This document shows positions 22,301 to 32,286 of a stretch of 32,286 nucleotides of DNA, one piece after another. This stretch comes from Basidiobolus ranarum (lineage: Eukaryota), in NCBI GenBank assembly GCA_040143965.1, contig JASJQH010006959.1, positions 1-32,286 of the forward strand. The letters are read 5' to 3'. Made by a program: the position numbers and the translations under genes. Position 1 is the first letter of the stretch; the number at the start of each line of letters is the position of its first letter. The notes below the pieces were generated by a model. The model searched no databases. It worked only from the letters and a program-made list of their open reading frames with translations, and had not been told where the DNA came from.

Positions 22301-24424
22301 GAGGTTCATGTTGATCGCTTTCTACCTGTGTTGAAGTGGTCGACAATTTGACAGATTCGTTTACGTTCATTTCAAGCTCAGATACGTTTTGAATATCGTG
22401 TTGTTCTTCATAATATGTTAGTACAAACTGGGTTATTCATTCGAATTGTAGATAATACTTTACCATTAGCTTCATTATCAATAACAGGATCTTCTCCAAT
22501 ACAGTCTGAATGTCAACACAACATATATTATTATATGATACATGTGAGTGTACAGTGATTATTCTTACCTTGTTGCTTTTCTTCTGGATTATTGGTATTG
22601 GAAGCACCCTGAAACATTGAATGGTATAGTGAGTAATTGCAAGTATCAACGCTTCATCAACAAAAGAGATGGACCTTCGAATTTAATACTACTTCATTTT
22701 CAATTAGAGGTAATGGTGGCTCTTGAGATATTTGCTCGACATTCGCATTTGGACTCGGACTTGATGTATTGTGGGGTAAATTAGAGATGTCGCAGATTTC
22801 GCCTTCTTCATCTACAGTAAATAGAAAATTTAACACGCTTTGTTAAACTTGGCTGGCTATCCCAAATTGCTATACCTTCACATTGCTCCCCATCTGATCC
22901 AATAAAGTAATATTGTTAAACAAGTCATTGGGAAAGCTTCCAGTTAGATAGTAATGAGTTTTACTTACCACTTGGAAGGTCAGTAGAATCAGCGCTAGAA
23001 TGCTCTGAGTGGTTGGAAGTATTCTCAAATAATGAGGGAGAAAGTGACCGTTCGACACCTCCAAGATCAACAGAGTCTAGCGGTATAGAATCTTGAGAAT
23101 CGCCCTTTTCGTTATAAGGTTCTGTGTTTTCGCACTGAGTTCTTTCAGCCTCTTTTCCCTCAAACTCCAGTGGATTGGATGAGCTCATATGATCACTTGA
23201 TTTTAAAAGGATCATATCAGATATAGCTGGAATAATATCTCCAGAGGTCGTTGGTGTATTAGGTGATCTAGATGGTAACCTAATACTTAGGGTGTCGAGA
23301 GGTTTAGCTTCTTCTTGATGTTCTGTGGAGTTCGAACTACTTGATGAAGCGTTAATAATGCTTTGTTTAGTTGAACCGTAATCTAATATATTATCTTGTT
23401 TAGGGTTGTCCTCTGTATTTCTTAAATATTCAACAGGAGTTGAGACGTTATCCCCATCATCGATGGACCATTCTTGGAGCCCTTTTCTAGATTTTACACG
23501 AGAAGGCGTATCTAATGGTGACCATGGCATACTTGGACTATGCTCTAGACTTTGTCTAGACACTCCGCCAAAAGAAAATCGTCTTATTTTTGCGAAAGGA
23601 GTGGATACCATAGAGGGTTTTTGACTAATAATTTGTGTACTGTTTGAACTGCTAAATTGAACTCGTTGTGTAGGGGAAGATAGCCATCCGGGCGAATCAC
23701 CAAGGTTTTGATCCAAGAGTTTTGAGATAGATATGTAAGGTGAAAGGTCCTCGTCACCATCGTGCATATGCGAGAGGGGAGAACCAGGTATGCTATGTGA
23801 ATATCTATTTCGACTTGAGGTGTTTGAATTCATCAACACAGTAGTAGGAGTACTCGTTAGGCTTTTGAATTTTTCCGAGTTCCTTGAAGGTGTCTTATTA
23901 CCAAAAGTTAAATTTTCTACACTCTCCGGTGAGAATTTCTCATAAATGGGTGTCTTGTCGCGTATTAATTGGGTAGTTTGTTGTGTAGGAATCAACTCCT
24001 CATTGTCCGAGTTTCTAGAAGTTTGTAATCGAGTTGAAGGGGTTTTAATTTTATAATATCTCTGTGTCTCCGGTGTATGTAATTCTTCATTCGTATTCAC
24101 ATTGCTAGTTTCTTCAATCTAAAAAATGACCAAAAATCAAAGGTAATCTCCAATTAATTCCACCTAGTTAAATGAGAAAAGCAAGTATTTTAAATTGTTA
24201 TATTAAGTACATACCACCGATACAATCTGCTCAGCGTGGAATTTTTCGTTTATTTCTTTTTGTATATGTTGAGGCACCACTGACCACCAACCGTCGTCGT
24301 CATCGTCGTCTTCATTTAAGTTTTTATGACCTTGTTCAGTCCCATCGTTATAGAATTTTTGTAAAATAAAAGTATTTCCTCGGGGACATTGAAAGGAAAA
24401 GTTCCTCTCCTTTGACTGACCCAT
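16355..24424 (-). CDS. BRCA2: BRCA2/Brh2 homolog, ~2295 aa, 19 exons: 24424-24215, 24118-22969, 22893-22876, 22811-22675, 22608-22569, 22505-22464, 22405-20312, 20241-19849, 19785-19704, 19645-19361, 19294-19140, 19065-18917, 18857-18570, 18509-18240, 18177-18028, 17969-17634, 17572-17412, 17349-16536, 16468-16355
   Basis: Helical domain W..NHYRWIIWK and QLRYRYEKEI. OB1 RSALKRIIERDD..MVLCVS, LELTDGWY and WDAKLG. OB2 EGG...VDV..MRKYP, RNVVPFFKIRV and TIWRP. BRC repeats present. Exon lengths sum to 6888 nt, in frame. Exons 1-6 and 19 rest on splice/frame logic only. Confidence 0.92.
20605..22196 (-). repeat. Array of five clear BRC repeats in BRCA2 exon 7
   Basis: Phe codons at 22190 (FRTGSGR), 21728 (FSTGKGK), 20933 (FSTGGGK), 20828 (FSTSSGK) and 20681 (FSTGTGK). 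Each is followed by L..P....L/M..A..(L/I/V)F or similar. Confidence 0.85.
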
Positions 24425-25265
24425 ATGCTATGACAAGCAGCAACTTCATAAAAAATTCATATATATTATTGAAACTAATCTTTACAAGTTTACACTGAAA
24501 TTACCGACTAACCAATGAAATTATCTAACAAGCTAATAGCAGTCTTTCAGTAAAAATTGCGGTGAAATATAAACAGTGAATTGGAATTTATATTGTATTT
24601 CATCAAATACTACGCCTCTATCTGAAACGAAAGTAAAGGTTCAGGTGGTATTTATACTGTATATAGTTTCAGAAGAATTTACTTATTATCATGCTCGTAT
24701 TAAGGAGTGAGAAGTTCAAATGGCCCAACCCATAGAAAAGCCTGGAGCCTCAATGGCATTGGAGTTCGGATAAAACAAAAGAGAGTGAATGCTAGTGTAT
24801 TTTCTTCTGAACACTCTTTCTCGATATTTTGAAGCTCCCATAGCAACAACAATGAATGAAGATACATGAGTATAGATGCTCCACGTTGATTTATTCAAAT
24901 GCAATACACCCAAGAGGAATCAACCAGCAAAACATAAGAATACACCTCAGTTAAATATTGTGCCAAGATATGGCAACTACCTAAGACAATTTCTAGTTTA
25001 CAGCTTCCACAACAAATGCAAACAAGAGAAAGGTTGTTTGCTATCCTTCGTGATAAACATTTGAATACATATGGTGCAAGAAAATCCAATCGACTGCCAA
25101 AGAAAATGAGAGATATTTAGTCTTAAAAAACCAATTTTGTTTATGAGAAGAGTAATTCTTGGAAAATGAAGAGCACATGTGAATATTGTAGTGATTGAAA
25201 AAGAATGAGGTAGAAATTTTGGCTGTAAGACAATAATATACTACGTAAGAAAAATACGTAAGGAA

Positions 25266-25618
25266 TTAATGATGAGCAGCGGAAGATTTGCCATCATCCT
25301 TGTGCTTGGAAATATATTCCTTAACAAAAGCCTCTTCTTCGGCGGAGGCAGTGTTGAGAGGTGGCTCTGAGGTCAAATCCTTGGGAGGACCAGCCATCTT
25401 CTTTTTGGCACCCCAGACTAAGGCACCTAAGCTACCTAGAGTACCAAGAGCAAGCTATTAAAGCAAGAGATAAGTAATTGAAAATATATGGTTCAACTGA
25501 ACGGTGACGTAAAGCTAATCAAATCTCCTCGTAGGCAAACAGATAAAGAAAGGTACATAAATATCCTTACGTATTCGTTGGCGATTTTTTTACCGGCAAT
25601 AACGTAGTAGCCACCCAT
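25266..25618 (-). CDS. ATP19: Mitochondrial ATP synthase subunit k, 78 aa. Exons 25618-25571, 25454-25266 (not in the ORF track)
   Basis: MGGYYVIAGKKIANEY|LALGTLGSLGALVW...EEEAFVKEYISKH matches the yeast Atp19 pattern (Y...GK.I....LA.GTLG...EE.F...Y..KH). Confidence 0.88.
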
Positions 25619-26359
25619 AGTTGTGTAAGTATTGGCTGTGGTCAAGGATAGAAGGACAAGAGCTACTGTAAGTCGAATGAATGTAAAAACTTCAAAGTAA
25701 AAAAAATTGATTCCCCGAGCCTATTTAGATAAGGTTGGGTTTGGTGTGGGGTTGTAAAGTTAAGCTGATCTATACAGAATAACAATTAAGCTACATTTTC
25801 ACATTGCTAATTTATTGGTCAATATAGATGGATATTATCGGAGTTACATGTCTTCTTCAAACATTTACCGATAAAATATGTAAATTACAATAATATTATG
25901 AAATCCACATCACCCCAAAAAAAGGGCTATAAAGGATTTAGAAATAGCATGTCAAGATACTTTTGTCTAATATACTTGAGATAAATAATGTGATGAGTAT
26001 TTTATTGTAAGATGTAGGATCGGAAGGACAGTGGCACGAGGTGAAACTGGTAGAGGTTGAGCTTTAGCAAAAATAAAGAAAGTTCCATTGGAGATTTGGT
26101 TGTAATTATGAGAATCAGTAAAGTGAATAATGGATATAACTGAAAGACAGAACTAGTGTTGAACTTATAGGAGTGCGTAATAAATATCATTAACAAGAGA
26201 ATGAGGGACAATTTTAACACTAGAAAGGCTGATTTGTAAAGCTCTTGAAAAAGGGTAATAAACAAAAGAAATATCAGAGAAATATAGTAGGTCACAGACC
26301 TTCATACCATTTAGAGTCAGTAGTAGGAATCGGGATTACTACCGCCTTACCAACAGCAG

Positions 26360-28213
26360 TTAATTCTTTTTTCCCGATTTCTTCTTCCTTTGCCTAAGAG
26401 GAGTTTCGTCGGTTTTGTTCTTCAAAACAGTCTCACGGACCGGCTCTACCGGAAACTCTGCTTCGTCCGAACTTGCAGCTCTACATTCATCGTCTTGGCT
26501 TGAATTAACATTTTCCCGTTTTTCATGCTCTCCTTCAGATATATTAAAGTTCTCATTTTCTGAGTCATGAGCTTCATCGACGTTTTCATCGCTAGAAGAA
26601 AAAATATCATTCTCAGAGCCATTGATTTCTTCATTGTTTGCTTTGATAGGATTTTCAGCAGGAGTAGGGGTCATGATATTAGCAGACTTTTGTTTATCTC
26701 GAATTTGGCTCTCTTTGGGTGCAGATTTGAGAGTCTTATTCATAGGAGTCTGAGTATGTTGAGGCTGAAGGCGAGAGCGACGACTAGGGTTAAGAAAGTT
26801 ACATTTGGGACAATGGTATTCTGTTCAATTATAAAATCATTCGTTAGCTGCGAAGTCACACATCCTAAAAACTTATAGTTAGAACTTACGTATATCCTCG
26901 ATTTCATTAGGTAAGGCTAAACCATTGTGGGCGAAGCAGTTTTTGCAAATCAAAGCATATTTGGTATTTGGCCCCTCTTGACCAACAATAACATCTATGA
27001 TTTTATCATACCAATTATTCTGCTGGTTGTCAATGTGGTTGCTAAATACTTGAGTAGCTAGATTTCAGATAGAAAGTAAGCGCCTTGTGAATACAACAGA
27101 GATTACTATATACTAACGATTAATTCCATTGATGGGGCCGGATGGAGGTAGGGCGGGTATGTTAGGGTTCTTGATATCTTTAGAGGAGCTGGTGGAGGGA
27201 TTGCGGGGACCAGGTACTGCAGTTGGAGTGCCATTAATCCTTGGATCTTGAGGTTTACCTGGGGTATTTCGTTGACGGAGGTTAGGATTGGCAGGTGCTA
27301 AGAAGATGCAAATTAAAAACAATGTGAGATAATAATCGGAATTTCTTTACAATCTCTAGAAGCCAAACCTGAATTAGGTACAATCAGTCTTCCTTGAGCT
27401 CGAGCAAGATTGGCATTATGTAGAGGGGTTTTTGGACCTTCGTTCTATTAATACAAATAAGTACCAAAAATCAAGAGTATAGATAAGTGAAAGAAACTAA
27501 CTCCATTTTTTCCTGGTTTTGATTTGGTAGGTGTATCATAGCGATCAAGTAGATTTTTGGTAGAGTAGTATGCGGTTTTTTTCTTTAGTTCCTCAACCTG
27601 TTTGATAGTAGAATGCGTCAATACGTATTAATGAGTGTTGTACTTCGAGGATACCGCTGTGTATATACCTTTTGTCTTTGTTTAATCTTCAAGGTTTCCA
27701 AATGTGTTTCTGAAATTTATTGTTAAGAGAAAGGTATAATTGACTATATGAAGTCAAGAACCACTTACCTTCGTTTAAGCGTTTTCTATTGTACCAGTAG
27801 GAGACACCACGAGATACATAATATATACTACAAAAAACGGTCAAGACAGAAGACGGGATAACCGTACAGGAAATATACATACCTGACTGGACTCCCAAAT
27901 GCTGGAAGTAGTTTCCATATACCTGCGTAATATCCATCATGCGGATCTCGTAGGTAAACAAAGTAGGTAACCAAGTAAAGACCGTAGGCAAATAGGGAGT
28001 ATATCAAGAAAATGAGAACAAATTTTCGCTCTCGTGCCTTAATGTCAGAGAGACGGACTTCAATCTTTTGAATTTCATCCTCCAAGTCAGCTAGTATTTT
28101 TTCGTAATCATCTTCGTTATGCTAGATAGTAACAGGCTATCAGTCGTACGGAAAGATAATATTCAGATTATGATAATACATACAGATTTAAATAGGGAGA
28201 ATATGGCCCCCAT
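26360..28213 (-). CDS. LNP1: ER junction protein Lunapark, ~449 aa. Exons 28213-28184, 28121-27883, 27827-27769, 27709-27669, 27597-27502, 27444-27369, 27297-27118, 27057-26890, 26820-26360
   Basis: N-myristoylation-type start MGAIFS, two TM helices, ELKKKTAYYST..LLDRYD, WYDKIID...G and zinc ribbon YALIC..C..HNG...Y.CP.C.FLNP. Confidence 0.93.
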
Positions 28214-28783
28214 TCTTACAGCTTATCCAGAGCTTAGAAGGTAAAGTAGTGGTAGCAGTAGAAGAAAACAACGATGTCAACTTAAAGCAAAGCAGAAATT
28301 GCCTAAAACGTGCAATGAATTTCCACACTTATGGCTGCACATATAATATCGAAAAGTAGCCGAGTGTCACTTTTTCGGTAAATCCCATATTACTCATTAT
28401 CAAATGATGTTTGCTTTTTTATACCAACGTCAACCTTTCATGAGCTGTACCCTGCACAGATTAATCCACATACAAGCCATGTACGAAACTCAGTACTATC
28501 ACATGTTTCTTAGCATCTGCTCATAGCACTCAGTCAACATCAAATTGAAAAGGGGCTTCAAGCTTTCTAATGATACATACAGTAAAAGTGTCCGCCAAAT
28601 CTCACATAAATACACTGCTATGCACTTGGGTTTAAAAATGCCTTGAATTATACTATTTAATATCGTTCGAAAATAATTGGCGTATATTTCGATTTTTTCG
28701 ATAATTTATCAACAAGCATAGTTGATTTATGTATGGTATTTACACTAACCATTTCTCTATTTACATAACCAAGCATTGACAAC

Positions 28784-30387
28784 ATGTACTCTCGTCCAAT
28801 AACCACTTTAAACTTAAGTCCTTTTATACGTGGAAAGCTACTAAAAGCTGGTTTTAAGAATACCAAGGATCTAGAAGGAATCACACCTGTCGGTTTAAGT
28901 CGAGGTTAGTTTTGATTCTTTATGTGTTTTCGAGGTTCTAGCATAGACATTCGAGGACAGTCTCTTCACAAAGTCCGAATATTGATATCGATAATTTGTA
29001 CAGAACTCACAATCTCAAATGAAGAAGCATTAGTTATTTTACAGCAAGTAAGACAAGGTAACTTACTACCTTAGACCTACTACATTAGCTGAGGCAAACT
29101 AGATACATATTCTTTCTAGAAAATGTGGACTCTTTCTCGGCCACTGAAGCATTAGAACGCGAAAAAACTCGCTGCCCCATTAGTACTGGTTGTTCAGATT
29201 TGGATGAAATGTTTGGAAGTCGAGGAATTATGGTTGGGAAAATTACTGAATTTTGTGGTGTTCCAGGCATTGGAAAAACACAACTTGGGTATATTGAATT
29301 TTTATAACCCCTTTCCGGGTCAGATATGTACTCATGAAGATGGAAATATAGTATGCAATTGGCTTTGAATGTACAGATCCCAAAATCTCTCGGAGGTCCC
29401 GAAGGGGAAGCAATATACATTGGTATGAGTCTAAAGCTGATGTTTCTCCAAGTCCACTTTCTAAAAAGTTATCATTAAACTACTAGATACGGAAGGTAGT
29501 TTCATAGCACAACGAACTGCAGAGATTGCTGAAGGCACCATAGAGCGGATAAACCAACAACTACACGAGAAAGCCATTGACGCTGAACGTAATTCTTCTT
29601 GAGATTCATTAGATTTTAATTTCACCGTTGGCTTACAAGTAGAACAGCATTGCAGGTTGAATCAATGCTAGCTAGAATTCATTATTTCAGAGTCTTGGAA
29701 TATACTGAGCTTGTCGCCCTTGTAAATTTGCTAGAGGAGTTTCTTGAGACTCATACAATGGTGATTATTTCCATAAATAGCCCAGTAAATGCTCGAACCT
29801 TGCTAATTAGAACTACCCAAGGTCAAGATAATTATTATTGACAGCATAGCCTTCCATTTCCGGTTGAACTTCACGGACATGGGCTTACGAACCAGGCTAC
29901 TCAATGGTATTGCGCAGACATTGCTACAAGTGGCTGATTCGAAAGATATTGCGGTGGTTCTCATGAATCAGATGACGACTAAAATCAATCACCATGCGGT
30001 TGACAAGCAAAACGAAGCAGTGTTAGTTCCGGCTCTAGGTTTGATCATTTATTTCTGAACTGTAGATTGCTCTGAATCTGACCAACAAATAGGTGAGAGC
30101 TGGGGACATGCTAGCACCAATCGAGTGATTTTATTCTGGAAAGATGGTGTTAGGTAAGCATTAGAAATGGTGGTTTTATTGACAATCATGCTAACGTCGT
30201 TGCATCTCAGAAATGCTCTTCTTTATAAATCTCCAAGTATGGGCGAGAAAGTGGTTCAATATCAGGTGACCGTAAGTAGACGCTTGCTTCCGATGTGCTC
30301 TTGTAGGTACACTAAAACACTCCTTTGTAGGCACATGGAATTCAAGAATACGAAGAAAGTCGAAAAAGAATGCATTCGGACCCATGA
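28784..30387 (+). CDS. RAD51C: RAD51 paralog C, ~341 aa. Exons 28784-28904, 29004-29057, 29120-29288, 29352-29422, 29487-29588, 29648-29760, 29822-30038, 30093-30153, 30211-30271, 30331-30387
   Basis: Walker A GVPGIGKTQ, MQLALNVQIP...GG, YIDTEGSF, Walker B IIIDSIAFHFR, RTRLLNG.AQ, NQMTTK, PALGESWGHA, LYKSPS and C-terminal RKR. Confidence 0.94.
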
Positions 30388-30462
30388 TGTGCGAAATTGG
30401 CTGTTTCGATTCAATAAACTCTTGTATAAATATATCTTGGTATGTCGGGCAGGATTGAAGGT

Positions 30463-31593
30463 TTATTTGGTGCTTAATGCTCTATCTTCGCCCTGAAATA
30501 AGCGGTCTATGTTATCGTTAGATCTAATTGTGGTCTTTGTGGGTATTTGAGAGGCTAACCTTTTACTCATTCGATCACTAGAAATCTCTGAACCATCCTT
30601 GAACTGATGAATGGTCATTCGGCTTTCAAACCTTTCATTTGACTTGTGCTTTCCATTACTATTCTGGAGTTCTGATGTGATATGTTCTACCTTTTTTTCG
30701 TGCTCCTCTCGTGCCTGGAGAGCATTGTTTGAGGTCTCTTTGATTTGTTCGATCTTTTCGTCAATTGTATTGAGAATATTCAAAGAAGTAGAAGACCTCG
30801 TTATGAAATTCCAATAAATATACGAAATTTACTGCAAAGATAAGCCAGAGAATGTAGCTTACCAAGAATTTAATCTCTTTAGCATTTGGTCCAATTGACC
30901 CGGTCGTAAATCTCTGCCTATTGTATATTCAATTTCCACCTGGCTTTTTTTTTGGTCTAGCTTGGCCTTGATTAATCCTTTGTACATGGCATCAATCATC
31001 AAGTCTTCAAGCTCACGAACATTAGAGATATCAAGATAATGAAGCAGATTACTATATTCCAAGACCTATGAGTGTTGCTATTAGAATGGCTCGAAAAGCT
31101 ATCAATGGGCACGAAAATAGAAAGTATTTCAATTCCTACATGCTTTTCACTGGCCAGAGTGACAATAGACAATGACTTCAATTTTCTTATTTGAGGCTGA
31201 GTTAGTTCCGGTAAGCTGGAAGCACGTTCTGTTGGGTAAATATTGGTAGCATATGAAGTATGCAAATTACTATGATAGCAAAACTACCTTTATAATCTTG
31301 ATAAGTTCCATAAGAAAACAACTCTAAAAGAGAAAAATACGAAGCGTATTCCGGCTGGTTTTTAAGCTAAATGGAGCTTAAGGGTCAACTTTTAAACCTG
31401 AAAAAAGGTACTCTAAGCTACTCACCTCCGTAACATTTGGCATCCGTAGTACTTCAGAAAACACAAAAGTATTCGGTGCCGCAAGGAGTTCTTTGATTAA
31501 TTGAGCACAAGCTGCACCTTTAGCGGATTTCGCAAGCAATAAATATGATTCAAGTTCGTGTGAGCTCGAATATTTTAAAGTGATTTCTGACAT
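30463..31593 (-). CDS. CSN7: COP9 signalosome subunit 7 (PCI domain), ~290 aa. Exons 31593-31426, 31366-31288, 31228-31140, 31065-30863, 30796-30463
   Basis: LLLAKSAKGAA...LI...L.AP..FVF.E, LLELFSYGTY.DY, KLK.LSIV.LA, VRELEDL.I.A.Y, KLDQ and GRDLRP. Confidence 0.92.
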
Positions 31594-32286
31594 GTGTAAG
31601 TTTCGACAGCAAACAACAGCAACGTTGTGGTACTAAAAATGGGGTTACAGATAAACTGGTAGATGACGTTACTTGAAGCAATTATGGATAATCGTTTTCG
31701 TATATTTCTACGGACCCTAAATGAAAGCAGGAATTTGTATCTAATTGACGTTCCATTAAATAGCGAGTATATTTAGAATTTGATATATCTCAATCCCTAA
31801 ATTATCATGATAACAAAGGAAAGCTAACAGGCTTGGGACTGCTAAATTCTAAATCAAGTTGCTTAATTAATTGGTGTCAAAGTTGGTTTATGTAAGTTGT
31901 TGGAACATACTCTATGATACCCAAACCAGAAACATAAATGAACCTTACTCACCAATATGTATATCTTTTTAAACACGGTTAATATATATATATATTATTT
32001 AACAATGTTGACCTTCAACATTGTTGGATATGAATGGCCATATATCTCCGCTCGTATTGGTATCTTTCGGAGCACGCGCCATTCCACGTGACCTTGTAAT
32101 TTTCATTGATGCTTAGGGTGCAAAAAAGGGCAATCTTGAGGTACCCCTGTACAAATATACTAGCAATTGGATCTCGTTTGGTGGGAAATCCAGTGTCATA
32201 AATTATACCCAAAGGCACAAGGGTTCTTTCTTTCCGCCACTAACATCTGTGAAGGTAAGGATTAATTCCATCCATCCAAGTTATCG

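Noticed and set aside
1778-23624. Many antisense or nested ORFs in the track (e.g. 1778-2056, 2531-2884, 20734-21189)
   Set aside because: They are shadows of real genes on the opposite strand or in another frame.
24716-25089. Short ORFs between ATP19 and BRCA2
   Set aside because: No homology cues or consistent splice model. Likely UTR or promoter sequence.
25561-25570. ATATCCTT on the + strand, resembling an AT-AC U12 donor
   Set aside because: It is the reverse complement of the ATP19 donor GTAAGGATAT, and there is no + strand gene.
26002-26295. Hydrophobic 97-aa ORF
   Set aside because: Non-ATG start in T-rich sequence just downstream of LNP1. Composition artefact, likely 3' UTR.
32015-32286. 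67-aa minus-strand ORF at the window edge, possibly a last exon
   Set aside because: No recognisable family and no upstream context. Unresolved.

Overview
Eukaryotic, AT-rich DNA with short (about 50-120 nt) spliceosomal introns. Gene content points to an early-diverging fungus, Basidiobolus/Mucoromycota-like (inference only). I rebuilt spliced gene models by hand from GT-AG junctions and frame continuity. Left to right: Vps73/GLUT-like MFS transporter, divergent Ras2-like GTPase, intronless bacterial-type RimL/YdaF GNAT acetyltransferase, EamA/DMT transporter, orphan ORF, SulP-STAS transporter, GPD1, a 19-exon ~2295-aa BRCA2, ATP19 (absent from the ORF track), Lunapark, RAD51C and CSN7. Best leads: (1) a U12-type minor-spliceosome intron in GPD1; (2) an optional terminal GPD1 intron that switches the C-terminus between -KVSR and PTS1-like -LPNRL; (3) BRCA2 BRC repeats that all lack FxxA, plus FxxP motifs and a ~300-aa extension after OB3; (4) a probable horizontally acquired GNAT; (5) a Ras with a rewired effector loop; (6) intergenic telomere-like/G4 tracts and a hairpin-dense ncRNA candidate. 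No searches were run.
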